Source of the DNA: Spirochaetota bacterium
GTDB taxonomy: Bacteria; Spirochaetota; UBA4802; JAFGJZ01
Reading direction: 5' to 3'
Assembly (NCBI GenBank): GCA_016934935.1
Contig: JAFGRW010000050.1
Span: 811-64,810, forward strand
Length of the DNA: 64,000 bases
Within the stretch, counting starts at the first letter, position 1. The number at the start of each line of letters is the position of its first letter. Shown one piece after another: positions 47,388-58,072 of this stretch. Both the position numbers and the translations under genes were made by a program. The notes beneath the pieces are model-generated. The model ran no database searches. It saw only the letters and a program-made list of their open reading frames with translations, and was not told the origin of the DNA.

Positions 47388-47549
47388 ATTCGTTTAATCC
47401 CGGAAAAGATTTTGTTGTCGAGCAGTATGGACATAATAGGGTAAAAGGGTCGACTACTGAAAGATATGAAAATAAACAGTAAAGTCAAATATGATGAAGT
47501 GTGTGCCGTAAAAATATGGATTTTTTAATAGAGTGATTACAAATTTATA

Positions 47550-48383
47550 TTAATCGCAGGTTTTTAGCTTTCCCTGAATACTTAACCCGAAGAGAGAAAA
47601 GTCATATTTTACCGGGTCGTGCGGGTCAAACTCCCGCAGTTTTATAGTCAGCTCTTCTACAGCCAGCCAGTCATTTTGTTTGCGGTTAAGTAACCCCATG
47701 CTTCTGGCTGCATTTCCGCAGTGTACATCGAGCGGGATCATTAATGCCGAAGTTGGAATATTCCATAATCCGAAATGAACACCGCGCCCATCATTACGGC
47801 ACATCCACATTAATAAAAGGTTCAATCTTTTAGCGGCTGATTTCTTTTTAACATCGGAAATATGCCTTGTAAAACGGGGAGGGTGATTTGAGTTAAGAAA
47901 ATCATTTCTAAATCGGATTAAGGTATTGCGAATTGTACCTTCAGTATTAAAAACAGACTCGAAATAGGCTCCTAGATTGTTATATTTTGTATAAAATCTT
48001 CGCAAGGCCATAATTTCGGTACGGCAATCATCCGCGTTAAATGTACGGTGAACAAAACCATCTATTTTCTTTAATTCATTATTTGATGCGTTTAATACAA
48101 AATCATAAGGGCTGTTATCCATAATGTTCATCAGATTATATCCGTTTCTGATAATCATGCTTCTTTTTCCCCAAGCTATCTGGGCAGTCAGAAAAGCTGA
48201 AATTTCTATATCTTCCTGTTTTTTGAAATTATGGGGTATTTGTATAGGGTCACATTCAATAAATTCAGGAGTGTTGTTGTTTACATATTCAGCTTCAAGG
48301 AGCTGAGCTATTTTTGTTTTACTTTGAAAATCCATGATTAACATTTCTGTTTTGAAATGTATAAATGCAATAAAAAACTTCAT
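47550..48383 (-). CDS. TIGR02757/DUF2400-like conserved hypothetical protein
   Basis: Assigned from recalled family resemblance only (CDPIQIPH...AFLTAQIAWGKR). The start is more likely ATG 48335 (MDFQSK). Confidence 0.5.
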   Translation of the reverse strand: MKFFIAFIHFKTEMLIMDFQSKTKIAQLLEAEYVNNNTPEFIECDPIQIPHNFKKQEDIEISAFLTAQIAWGKRSMIIRNGYNLMNIMDNSPYDFVLNASNNELKKIDGFVHRTFNADDCRTEIMALRRFYTKYNNLGAYFESVFNTEGTIRNTLIRFRNDFLNSNHPPRFTRHISDVKKKSAAKRLNLLLMWMCRNDGRGVHFGLWNIPTSALMIPLDVHCGNAARSMGLLNRKQNDWLAVEELTIKLREFDPHDPVKYDFSLFGLSIQGKLKTCD

Positions 48384-48843
48384 AATTTAGAAAAACATGA
48401 AAAAAACTTCGTTTTCCGGTTATCTAGTTAAAAAAAAATCATATTTAGTAGAAAAAATATGATTTTTTATTACTTTAAATTAAACTATTCCAAATGTGTC
48501 ACTTGCGGCATTTTGTATATCACTTATTATGATAGGTAAAGTTATATAATAAAAATATCAATTTACTGGAATTTATATTGAAAACTACTATTTTTGTGAT
48601 ATATTAGTAATATCGGCTTGACAATATACTATAAATAATGTAAACAAAATACATAGTATGTTAAGGAAAAAGGCTGTTCATTCTTGGTATTTTGATAATT
48701 GCCATTTAACTATAGAAATTTCATTTTTATTTTAAAATTATCAAAAAAAACATAAGCAAAACATTGAAAATGTTTGCGAAAAATTCTTAAACTTTAAAAA
48801 AAACTTGCTAAATAAAATTAAAATTCTCTAATTGTTATAAATT

Positions 48844-49425
48844 ATGATAGGTTCGCTAAAAGGCAGTATACAGAAACTTAAAACCAGTTCTTTGATAATT
48901 GATGTATCCGGTGTAGGATATTTTGTGAGTATATCTTTGAATACGTATTATAATCTGGCAGACAAACAAACCGTTTTTTTGTATATTTATACTTATATCA
49001 AAGAAGACAAGTTTGACCTTTATGGTTTTTTGACTGAAGAAGAAAAAGATATATTCAAGGTACTTATTTCAGTTACAGGTGTTGGGCCATCGCTTGCTCT
49101 TGCTATCTTGTCGGGTATGAGTTTTACTGAACTGCTAAACGTAATTCGAAATAGAGATGTAGCAATGCTTACCAAAATTCCGGGTATTGGTAAAACAAAA
49201 GCTGAAAAGATACTTCTTGATCTGCAAAGCAAGACAAAAAAACTTAATTTGCAAAGTAGTGAAACGATAAGCGGTGGTAATCCTTTTTTGGAAGATGCCG
49301 TTGAAGCTCTTGTCGCCCTCGGTTTTGAAGAGAGAAAATCAAGAACTGCTGTTGCGGATTGTATTGGGTCAAAAAATCCTGAAGACTTACAGGAAATAAT
49401 TAAGGGTTCGTTAAAGTTATTATAA
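48844..49425 (+). CDS. ruvA: Holliday junction DNA helicase subunit RuvA
   Basis: MIGSLKG....L.IDV.GVGY, HhH motifs (IPGIGKTKAEKIL), 193 aa. No ruvB adjacent. Confidence 0.88.
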   Translation: MIGSLKGSIQKLKTSSLIIDVSGVGYFVSISLNTYYNLADKQTVFLYIYTYIKEDKFDLYGFLTEEEKDIFKVLISVTGVGPSLALAILSGMSFTELLNVIRNRDVAMLTKIPGIGKTKAEKILLDLQSKTKKLNLQSSETISGGNPFLEDAVEALVALGFEERKSRTAVADCIGSKNPEDLQEIIKGSLKLL

Positions 49426-49471
49426 CAGATTTGAAATTTTTTTAGAGCATACTATTAAAAAGGAGATTATT

Positions 49472-50002
49472 ATGGATCAAAAGAAAAAGAAAAAAGAGAG
49501 TGTAAATACAATCAAATTGATTATTCTTGGAATGTTAATGGAACGTAATCTTTACGGTTATGAGATAAATAAAATTATCAGAGAAAGATTTCAGGGGTAC
49601 GTTGATATTAAGTTTGGTTCTATCTATTATGCAATTAAAGAAGCCATTAAAAAGGGTTATGTAAAGAAATATGAGACAATTAAAGATACCCCGACACCTC
49701 CAAAAGATATTTTCAAAATTGAGCAGGCTGGAAGAAAACAGTTTAAGATTCTTTTAAGAAGGTATTTCTCGGAAAATTTCATCCATTTTGATGTTGATAT
49801 TGCATTAATGTTTCTAAATTCTCTTACTGATGATCAAAAAGAAGCATTTATTGAGGAAAGAAAAGAGCTTTTAAAAGAGAGGCTTGCTGATATCAAAAAA
49901 GCCATAAACGGTGATGACGGTAGCGATAAAGATTATATGCATATTTATACTTATCTTGAAAATCATTTGAAAGCTGAAAACAACTGGGTAAAAAGCCTTT
50001 AA
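49472..50002 (+). CDS. PadR-family transcriptional regulator
   Basis: LIILGMLMERNLYGYEINKII...GSIYYAIKEAIKKGYV. Confidence 0.8.
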   Translation: MDQKKKKKESVNTIKLIILGMLMERNLYGYEINKIIRERFQGYVDIKFGSIYYAIKEAIKKGYVKKYETIKDTPTPPKDIFKIEQAGRKQFKILLRRYFSENFIHFDVDIALMFLNSLTDDQKEAFIEERKELLKERLADIKKAINGDDGSDKDYMHIYTYLENHLKAENNWVKSL

Positions 50003-50103
50003 GTTATTCAATATCGGTATTTTTTTCATATATTGCTTTTCCTTGATTATCAGGGAAAAGCTTTTTTTTTATTTTCTTAAATATTATGAATATGTTTTGG
50101 GTA

Positions 50104-51165
50104 TCAAATTTTTAAAAACCGATCCAGTTTTTCTCGAATATAGTCGGCATTGTGGCTGTACAACAGTTCATCTACATGGAATTTCAGTTTTTCAAGATCA
50201 TGGGATATGCTGCTGATCTCTTTACGTTCACTTATTTTCCCTTCCTCCTCTTCAAGTTTTTTATTTAACACCGATGCATTGATATCACGGATCAAGCTTA
50301 TATTGTTATAGAATTTCTTAGTCAGCGAGTATACAATCTGTAAAATAGTTTCAATATCTGTTTTGGCTATCGTTTTAAGATCATTAAGATTTAACTTCGT
50401 AACGCGAACAGAAGTTAAAGTCTTTATTGTTGCGCTTCTTTTTTCGCCCAAAAGAAGTGAAATTTCACCAATAGTCGAACCAACTTCATTGATCAAGGCG
50501 ACACGGTTACTGTTTACTGTAACCTCAAGAGTTCCTGACTGCAAAATGAACATTTCATTATCGTTATCCCCTTCTTTGCATAGTATATGATCGGGTGGAA
50601 GATCGATTGTCTTCTCACTCAAGGCCTCTGTTTCATAAATTTTAACTGGGATATCGGCTTTGGCATATGATTCTGCCTTTAAAAACTGAATTGAAGAGGT
50701 GTATTTATTAATTGTGTCTTTTAACCAGGGTAATTTCCTTTTATTATATTCGTCGCGCAGTATTGATACTATTGAATAATATTGTGTAAATAGTTGTTTA
50801 AGTGTTTTCTTTCCTGATAAAAGAATATCCTGGTTTTTCTTGATAATGGAATTGGTAAGTCGCAGCTTTTGTGCTGTAACTCTTGCGATGTTTATCAAGT
50901 ATCCTTCATGCTTAAATTGCTCTAGAAAAGTATCTATCTTTACATATTTTACATCGGTTTTTTGAGGAACTACCGCTGTTTCCACCCTTTTGGTAGGAAT
51001 ACCCAGCAAATTCGATAGAATAATTTCGCTGGTTCCTATAATCAGGTTTTGCCCGGTTATCCGGTAACGATCATCGTTTGTGGCAAAAAAAATTACTTCT
51101 CCGGATTGCATAATATATACAGTATCAGGATCATGTCCTTTTTCGTATAATAGTTTGTAATTCAT
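50104..51165 (-). CDS. Cyclic-nucleotide-binding domain protein (two cNMP-like modules plus a coiled-coil tail)
   Basis: YIMQSGEV and FILQSGTLEV...GEISLLLGEKRSATI. ATGA overlap with the upstream receiver gene. Confidence 0.6.
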   Translation of the reverse strand: MNYKLLYEKGHDPDTVYIMQSGEVIFFATNDDRYRITGQNLIIGTSEIILSNLLGIPTKRVETAVVPQKTDVKYVKIDTFLEQFKHEGYLINIARVTAQKLRLTNSIIKKNQDILLSGKKTLKQLFTQYYSIVSILRDEYNKRKLPWLKDTINKYTSSIQFLKAESYAKADIPVKIYETEALSEKTIDLPPDHILCKEGDNDNEMFILQSGTLEVTVNSNRVALINEVGSTIGEISLLLGEKRSATIKTLTSVRVTKLNLNDLKTIAKTDIETILQIVYSLTKKFYNNISLIRDINASVLNKKLEEEEGKISERKEISSISHDLEKLKFHVDELLYSHNADYIREKLDRFLKI

Positions 51166-51518
51166 ATAAGACTGTTAACAGCATTTTGAAGGTCTTCTTT
51201 TTTAAAGGGCTTTGTGACATACGTGGTTACGGACAAGTCACGACTGCTGTTTTGAAGTGTTTTTTTACTTAATGCCGATACAACAATTATTTTGGCATCT
51301 GGATTGTCCTTCTTAATATCCTCAATTGTCTGTATACCGTCTTTCCCATGAATAGTGATATCCATAGTGACAATATCAGGATGTAAATCGTTATAAAGAG
51401 TAATGGCGTCTACTCCATTATCCGTTTCTGCGACTATCGTATGGTTATTCTCGATTAGAGTCTCCTTTATTATTGAACGCATAAATTTGGAGTCATCAAC
51501 TATCATGATATTTGCCAT
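51162..51518 (-). CDS. Single-domain CheY-like response regulator
   Basis: IMIVDDS...DIVTMDI...K, 118 aa. Confidence 0.85.
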   Translation of the reverse strand: MANIMIVDDSKFMRSIIKETLIENNHTIVAETDNGVDAITLYNDLHPDIVTMDITIHGKDGIQTIEDIKKDNPDAKIIVVSALSKKTLQNSSRDLSVTTYVTKPFKKEDLQNAVNSLI

Positions 51519-51845
51519 AGAATCCTCTTGGTATGTTATTTTATAGTTTCAAGTATGTTAATAATGAAAAATCAGAATATTACACTGTAATCTGATTTAT
51601 TTCTAGCGAATATGAATATAAAGTTATAAGAACCTTAAATAATAAATATATTAACAGTGAACATGAGAAAATTCATTTAAAATAATCGTATAAGCCGCAC
51701 TGACCGGTAAATAGAAATAAATAATTCGAATTTTCTTTATTATTTTATCAAATACCGATTCAAAAATATCGCACTTAAATAATATTATATTCAAATATCA
51801 ATCCATTATCAATAATAATAAAATAAACAAAACAAAAAAATAGTC

Positions 51846-52436
51846 TTATTTAAATATTTCAGGCGTTTTTAATGCGCAATATTTCAAAAAAACCCGTACA
51901 GGAAACCCTACCACATTGGATATTGAACCATTTACTGAAGAAATTATCAACTCGGGATGTTCCTGAATTGCATATGAGCCCGCTTTATCGTGCCAGTCAA
52001 TAGAGTCCAGGTATCTGTTTATTACTGAATTTGAAAGTTTTTTAAAAATTACCTCTGTTACATCATAATCGGATGCAATTTTCAAAGATCCCTGGGCAGG
52101 GCGGGCAATTGAAATAGAGGTTATTACCTCGTGACGTTGTCCGCTGAGTCTTGTAAGCATATTCTCCGCTTTTGCCCGATTTTTTGGTTTACCGAGTATT
52201 TTGTTATCCAGGCTTACAACTGTATCGGCTGTCACAACAAAGAAATTATCAGAAGTTACTCTTTCTTTAGTAATCCAGGATGCTTTTTCAGAAGAGATTC
52301 TAAGAGCATAATCAAGAGCTGTTTCATCAGGAAAGGGGGCTTCGTCAATTTCTGGAGTTATTTGCTGAAATTCGTCAAAAAGAAGAGAAAAAAAATAGTG
52401 GCGGCGAGGTGACGATGAACCTAAAATTATAATCAT
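51846..52436 (-). CDS. maf: Maf-like nucleoside triphosphate pyrophosphatase
   Basis: IILGSSSPRR...DTVV...GKP...AGSYAIQ. Confidence 0.85.
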   Translation of the reverse strand: MIIILGSSSPRRHYFFSLLFDEFQQITPEIDEAPFPDETALDYALRISSEKASWITKERVTSDNFFVVTADTVVSLDNKILGKPKNRAKAENMLTRLSGQRHEVITSISIARPAQGSLKIASDYDVTEVIFKKLSNSVINRYLDSIDWHDKAGSYAIQEHPELIISSVNGSISNVVGFPVRVFLKYCALKTPEIFK

Positions 52437-54478
52437 TTTCGTTTAATTACTTTTTCTTTTAGTTTATATACTTCAACTACATCTTTTACGCTTTTAAGTC
52501 TATCTATAACAAAATGTAAATGATCCACACTTTTTACTTCGACAATCAGCCTGATGACTGCAAAACCCGCCTTTGACTCCTGAGCTTCCAGTTTCATTAT
52601 GTTAATTCGGCTTTGGCTTATTTCTGTGGTTATGTCAGCAAGCAAATTAGGCCGGTCGATGGCTTCGATTGCTATTTTAACAGGATGAACATGGTGCGAA
52701 TTAGACCAGGCAATTGAGATAAATCTTTCCGGTTCTATATTAAGCCGTTTAAGTGACGGACAGCCTTTTTTATGTACTGAAATTCTTTTATCCTTGGAGA
52801 TGAATCCGATAACTGGATCTCCTGGTATCGGTTGGCAGCATTGAGCGAGTCGTATAGGGACATTGTTGTTATCTTCCACCAGAATACCTGACTTCAGGTT
52901 ATCAGGTGATTTCGATATTTTCGGCATTTCGGCCATATCAATAGTAAAAGATGCGATTTTGTCGGGCTCGGGTTTTGTATCTTTTCTGGATTTTGCTGAT
53001 GCTTCGTCAGAATCGGTTGGCTGCTGTTTTTTCAGCCAGCTTCTTATTTTATATCTTGCGTTTGATGATCTTACAATTTTCAGCCAGTTTTCGGACGGAT
53101 GTTTTGCCGGATTTGTTGTTATTTCAACAATGTCTCCGTTGGATAATTTTGTTCGGAGGGGTTTTATCTTGTGGTTAATCTTTGCACCGGAACAGTGATG
53201 GCCAACTTCGGAGTGTATGGCATAGGCAAAGTCAATGGGGGTGGCACCCTTTGCAAGCCTGATGATTTTGCCTTTAGGTGTAAAAACGAATATTTCGTCG
53301 TTATACAAATCCATTTTGAGAACTTTCATAAATTCACGGGTATCGTTTAGTTCCGAACGCCATTTATTAATGCTCTTCAATAGTGAGAGGTCAGACATCT
53401 TGGATTTTTCTTTTTTCCCATTCTCTTTATACATCCAGTGAGCAGCAATACCCATTTCAGCGGTTATATCCATCTCTTTTGTGCGAATCTGTATCTCAAG
53501 AAAATGCTTGCCGGGGCCGGTTACAGTTGTATGAAGTGACTGATACATGTTCGATTTTGGTACAGCTATGTAATCTTTAAATCTTGATGGTACAGGCGGC
53601 CAAATAGTATGCACTATACCCAGAATAGCGTAACAATCTTTCACCTCTTCTGTAATTATTCTTATCGCTCTAACGTCAAATATCTCTTCAAACGGTTTTT
53701 GCTGATCTACCATTTTTTTGTATATAGAATACAGATGTTTTATGCGTCCTGAAATATCAGCCTTGATATTCATTTTACTTATATTTGAGTGCAGGGTGGA
53801 ATGTATCTCGTTAAGATATTCATCAAGTTCTTCTTCCTGCTTGGACAGTTTTGCAGTTATATCCAGGAATTCATCACGGTGTAGAATATAAAAAGCGAGA
53901 TCTTCAAGTTCGGACCTTATTTTGGACATACCCAGGCGGCCGGCAAGAGGTGCATATATGTCCATTACTTCCTGGGCAATCTTGAGCTGTTTTGGTTTCG
54001 GTTGAAACTCAAGAGTACGCATATTATGGGTCTTGTCTGCAAGCTTAATGATAATAACCCGCGGATCATCTATTGTTGCAAGCAGCATCTTGCGCAGTGT
54101 TTGTGCCTGTTCATGCGATTTTGTACGGTTTTTAAGCGATGAAATCTTTGTTACTCCGTCTACCAGGAGGGCAATTTCAGAACCAAAGGTGTCGGCTATA
54201 GAGTCAAGACCGGTAACGGTGTCCTCAACAACATCATGAAGAAGTGCTGCTATAATGGATGATGAGTCTAGAGAATGTTTGGCTAATATTATTGCCACGT
54301 TTATGGGATGGATTATATAGGGTTCACCAGAAAGTCGTTTTTGATCACGGTGAGCAGTTTCTGCAACAGTAAAAGCCTTTTTGATAAGGGTAACGTCTAT
54401 ATCCGGATGTTTTACGGAGATTATTTGAAGCAAATCTTCAAAAAGATCAAAAATATCATTATAGTTATATTCGGACAT
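52433..54478 (-). CDS. rel: Bifunctional (p)ppGpp synthetase/hydrolase (RelA/SpoT homologue)
   Basis: HD domain (HDVVEDT), synthetase domain, and TGS and ACT-like C-terminal domains. 681 aa. Confidence 0.9.
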   Translation of the reverse strand: MSEYNYNDIFDLFEDLLQIISVKHPDIDVTLIKKAFTVAETAHRDQKRLSGEPYIIHPINVAIILAKHSLDSSSIIAALLHDVVEDTVTGLDSIADTFGSEIALLVDGVTKISSLKNRTKSHEQAQTLRKMLLATIDDPRVIIIKLADKTHNMRTLEFQPKPKQLKIAQEVMDIYAPLAGRLGMSKIRSELEDLAFYILHRDEFLDITAKLSKQEEELDEYLNEIHSTLHSNISKMNIKADISGRIKHLYSIYKKMVDQQKPFEEIFDVRAIRIITEEVKDCYAILGIVHTIWPPVPSRFKDYIAVPKSNMYQSLHTTVTGPGKHFLEIQIRTKEMDITAEMGIAAHWMYKENGKKEKSKMSDLSLLKSINKWRSELNDTREFMKVLKMDLYNDEIFVFTPKGKIIRLAKGATPIDFAYAIHSEVGHHCSGAKINHKIKPLRTKLSNGDIVEITTNPAKHPSENWLKIVRSSNARYKIRSWLKKQQPTDSDEASAKSRKDTKPEPDKIASFTIDMAEMPKISKSPDNLKSGILVEDNNNVPIRLAQCCQPIPGDPVIGFISKDKRISVHKKGCPSLKRLNIEPERFISIAWSNSHHVHPVKIAIEAIDRPNLLADITTEISQSRINIMKLEAQESKAGFAVIRLIVEVKSVDHLHFVIDRLKSVKDVVEVYKLKEKVIKRK

Positions 54479-54720
54479 TAATTGTGTTCACCCGTTTTTA
54501 ACTGTCGCTTTGGAGAATGGCTGCTATGCATAAATATAAAAAAATTATACTCTTTAGACTTCTCCACAAACAGTATTTTCTCATTCACACCGTTAAATAT
54601 AGCAACAAAAGAGTCAAGAGGGAAGTGTTAAAAAAAATCATATTTTTAAATTATACTTAAGGGATTTAGTAATTGTCCGATATTATTAAGGATTGATTAT
54701 CATACTCCATGTACCATTTG

Positions 54721-54763
54721 TTTAAGGGCTTGCGCGGACGGCACTCCGGTGTAAGCCCTTAAA
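54721..54763 (-). terminator. Stem-loop after the IMP-cyclohydrolase-domain gene (no U-tract)
   Basis: TTTAAGGGCTT...AAGCCCTTAAA, 11-bp stem, 10 nt past the stop codon. Confidence 0.35.
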
Positions 54764-54773
54764 ACAAAATGGT

Positions 54774-55361
54774 TTAACGACTTATATAATCGAAAATAGC
54801 TTTGTCATACGAAGACGTCTTTTTGAAAACTTTGCATGCAAGCTCGCGATTTGTATCAACAGATACTGACATTTCGTTATCTTCCATCTCTCTTTCTATT
54901 CTGGTATAGTCTTCTGGATCTGTTATCACTGTAACCGATTCAAAATTCTTGGCAGCGCTACGCAGCATGCTGGGACCACCGATATCAATATTTTCGATAG
55001 CTTCTTCAAGTGTAACACCGGATTTCGCCACTGTTTTTTCGAAAGGGTACAGATTTACAATTATCATATCAATCGGAGTGATACCATGCTGTTCCAGAGT
55101 CTTCATATGCTCAATGTTGGAGCGAACTGCCAGAAGTCCCCCATGAACTTTTGGGTGAAGAGTCTTTACTCTTCCATCCATTATTTCAGGAAACCCGGTA
55201 TGATCTGAGATATCCTTAACAGAAATACCGTTCTCTTTTAAAAGCTTTGCGGTTCCTCCGGTTGAAATGATTTGTACGTTGTTTTGCGATAAAAATCTTG
55301 CAAAAGGTACAATTCCGTCTTTATCCGAAAGACTGATAAGAGCTGTTTTGATTCGACTCAT
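54774..55361 (-). CDS. Stand-alone PurH N-terminal (MGS-like IMP cyclohydrolase) domain protein, 195 aa
   Basis: LISLSDKDG...STGGTAK.L...[28 protein letters not shown]...NLYPFE. The ORF stops at the inter-domain linker, and no AICARFT domain follows. Confidence 0.75.
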   Translation of the reverse strand: MSRIKTALISLSDKDGIVPFARFLSQNNVQIISTGGTAKLLKENGISVKDISDHTGFPEIMDGRVKTLHPKVHGGLLAVRSNIEHMKTLEQHGITPIDMIIVNLYPFEKTVAKSGVTLEEAIENIDIGGPSMLRSAAKNFESVTVITDPEDYTRIEREMEDNEMSVSVDTNRELACKVFKKTSSYDKAIFDYISR

Positions 55362-56554
55362 ATATTACCTCTTTTAACTAATAGTGCCAATGATTCCATG
55401 TGTGGCGTTTGTGGAAACATATCAAAAACCTCAAAACTTTCGAGGTTGTATTGTTCTTTGAGATTCTCATAGTCCGACTTAAAAGTGGCTGGATTACACG
55501 ACATGTATATTATTCTTGAAGGCGAAAGCGAATGCAGGTATTTATACATTCTCGGGTTTATGCCTGCCCGGGGGGGATCAAGTATTAATGTTTCAAAAGA
55601 TTTACTATTCTCTTTAATAAATGGACGCGCATCGGCACATACAAAAGAGGCATTTTCAATATTATTAAGCTGCATGTTACGCTTTGCCGAATTTATCGAA
55701 TCTTCTACAATATCAACTCCTGTTATACTTTCGCATTTATCAGCGCAAAACAGGCTGATTGAACCGACACCGCAATATAGATCAAGAACCCGACCCGAAA
55801 CAAGCTCCCGGATTTTCCGGTACATGTTAACAGCAACTTTTGAATTTGATTGGAAAAAAGTATTTGGATGAATTGTGAATTCTATCGATTTATTATTGTT
55901 ATGAGGGCTGTTTTCCAGATCAAAGCTTTCCGTAATAGAACCACCTTTTATTGTGTGTATTTCCGGGCCGAAACTGAGGTCTGTAAGTGAATCATTAAGA
56001 AGTATTGATGATGATTTAATCAGGCTATCAACAGAGTTTATAATTTTCTCAAATATCTCGAAATCTTTTTTTTCAGATACAACAAAATTAAGCATTGTTT
56101 CTCCTGAAAAAAATCCTTGTCTCAGTACTGTGTACCTTAGAAACCCGTTGTGAGAAAGATAATCGTAGTCTTCAATCTCATGGATTGAGTTGTGTATTCT
56201 CTTCCATACTTTTTCAGAGTTATTTTGAAGAAGTGGACATTCGGTGATATCGACTACCTGTTTGAATGATCCGCGTTTACGAAAACCACGGCAGCCAAAT
56301 GCAGCAACATAGTCCATTCGATTGCGGTAACCAAAGGGTTCTGTTGCATGTATATTCTCTATTTTTGGCAAAACATCTGCACAGACCTGATTCAAATATT
56401 GCGCTTTGATTTTTAACTGGTTCTCATAAGATATGTCCTGAAAAAGGCATCCACCGCATTCACCAAAATGACTGCAAAGCGTTTCACCGGTACCCCTGTA
56501 TTTTTCAGCTATATCAAGAATAAGTTCCTTGTTTTTTCTTCTTCGTTTACCCAT
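55358..56554 (-). CDS. RumA/RlmD-family RNA (uracil-5)-methyltransferase
   Basis: Fe-S motif [13 protein letters not shown] fold [25 protein letters not shown]. Confidence 0.8.
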   Translation of the reverse strand: MGKRRRKNKELILDIAEKYRGTGETLCSHFGECGGCLFQDISYENQLKIKAQYLNQVCADVLPKIENIHATEPFGYRNRMDYVAAFGCRGFRKRGSFKQVVDITECPLLQNNSEKVWKRIHNSIHEIEDYDYLSHNGFLRYTVLRQGFFSGETMLNFVVSEKKDFEIFEKIINSVDSLIKSSSILLNDSLTDLSFGPEIHTIKGGSITESFDLENSPHNNNKSIEFTIHPNTFFQSNSKVAVNMYRKIRELVSGRVLDLYCGVGSISLFCADKCESITGVDIVEDSINSAKRNMQLNNIENASFVCADARPFIKENSKSFETLILDPPRAGINPRMYKYLHSLSPSRIIYMSCNPATFKSDYENLKEQYNLESFEVFDMFPQTPHMESLALLVKRGNI

Positions 56555-56946
56555 TCAGGCTCCATTATTTTTAATTTGTCTTTGCAACAGTTGCAATCAG
56601 GATGTCCAATAAAGTATAAATCGATGATTAATGTTATTTGTAAGATTGGTTTCTTTAATCGGTTAATGATTATTAATCTTGCTAAAATTGCTGCTGGTGA
56701 AAAGATATACACCAAGTTCGATGATTAACAATTTAGGATATTGTGAAAATTTATGTTTATCAGTAAAGCTTTTTTATTTATGGTTCTTAAAATCGCGGTT
56801 TTATTGCTTTAAGTTAAGCGGTTACAAATTTGATAATTACTGAGTCGCCATTAGTTTTGTGATAACTATCGAAAAATATAGCATCAGAACTTATTATAAG
56901 TCGAGATTATATTACTGGAATATATTGGGTGTGTTTGAGGTTAAGA

Positions 56947-58044
56947 ATGGAAGAGAGAACAAAAAAGGCAAGTATTGGTTCAGTACAGATTGGAGGAGGA
57001 CTTCCAGTTTTAGTACAGTCTATGTGTAATATTCCTCTTAGTGAAACAGACAGTGTCATAAATCAGATAGGTCAGTTGCATGATAGAGGTGCGCGGTTGG
57101 TAAGGTTTTCCGTGCGTAATATGAATGAAGCCGGCTATATAAGAAAAGTTGTTAATTCTTCAGAAATTCCGGTATGCGCGGATATCCATTTTGACTATAA
57201 ATTAGCAATTGCGGCAATTGAGGCTGGAGTCGCCAAGATAAGGCTTAATCCTGGAAATATTAAATCTGAAGATGGAGTTCGCAGGGTAGTGGAAGCGGCT
57301 AAGAGTAATGGGACGGCGATACGTATCGGTGTAAATGGTGGTTCTGTTAATCGAACGGGGTTCAGCGGATCGGAAGAACGCATTCTGGTTGATCATGCTT
57401 TTGAACATCTTAGAATTCTTGAAAATAATAGTTTCTATAACACTGTTATATCAATAAAATCATCTGATGTTCTATCAACTTTAAAAGCAAACAGGCTTCT
57501 TGCTAAGGAGTGCGATTATCCGATTCATATTGGGCTCACCGAAGCTGGTTATGGTAATAACGCACTGATAAAAAGCTCTGTAACAATAGGAGCATTGCTT
57601 CTTGACGGAATTGGCGATACAGTCAGGGTGTCAATGACTGGCGATCCTTTGCAAGAGATTGACGCGGCATATGAGATACTCAAGGCTGTAAACCGGCTTG
57701 ATTATGGAATTAATATTATATCGTGTCCAACATGTGGACGAACCGACAGGCTTATTGATTTGGAGGCATTAGCCCGAGATATTGACAAAGCAGTGAATGC
57801 CAGGTACTTGAAAGTAATACGGGATCAAAAAAAGATAATTAATATTGCGGTAATGGGGTGTGAAGTAAACGGTCCGGGCGAAGCATCTGAGGCAGATATT
57901 GGAGTTGCCGGTTGTGGTCGCGGACAGCTTGCACTGTTTTTGCGCGGAAAGATAATAAAGAAGGTTAATCAGGACCGGGTTGTAGATCAGATTTTGGAAT
58001 ATGCGGGCAAAATAGTGGCCGGTATTGGTTTACCGGCCGAATAG
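56947..58044 (+). CDS. ispG: 4-hydroxy-3-methylbut-2-en-1-yl diphosphate synthase (MEP pathway)
   Basis: IGSVQIGGGLPV.VQSM, and CPTCGR with GCEVNGPGEA cluster ligands. I place the start at ATG 56947; the track start at 56929 is non-ATG. Confidence 0.9.
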   Translation: MEERTKKASIGSVQIGGGLPVLVQSMCNIPLSETDSVINQIGQLHDRGARLVRFSVRNMNEAGYIRKVVNSSEIPVCADIHFDYKLAIAAIEAGVAKIRLNPGNIKSEDGVRRVVEAAKSNGTAIRIGVNGGSVNRTGFSGSEERILVDHAFEHLRILENNSFYNTVISIKSSDVLSTLKANRLLAKECDYPIHIGLTEAGYGNNALIKSSVTIGALLLDGIGDTVRVSMTGDPLQEIDAAYEILKAVNRLDYGINIISCPTCGRTDRLIDLEALARDIDKAVNARYLKVIRDQKKIINIAVMGCEVNGPGEASEADIGVAGCGRGQLALFLRGKIIKKVNQDRVVDQILEYAGKIVAGIGLPAE

Positions 58045-58072
58045 GTGCATTTTGTATTAAATTGTTATCATT

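Noticed and set aside
48384-48843. A 460-nt very AT-rich spacer upstream of ruvA, with a 13-bp A/T hairpin at 48433-48468.
   Set aside because: The hairpin has only one G-C pair and sits between divergent gene starts, so it terminates nothing. No other structure or conserved-looking motif could be supported. It is probably just promoter DNA.
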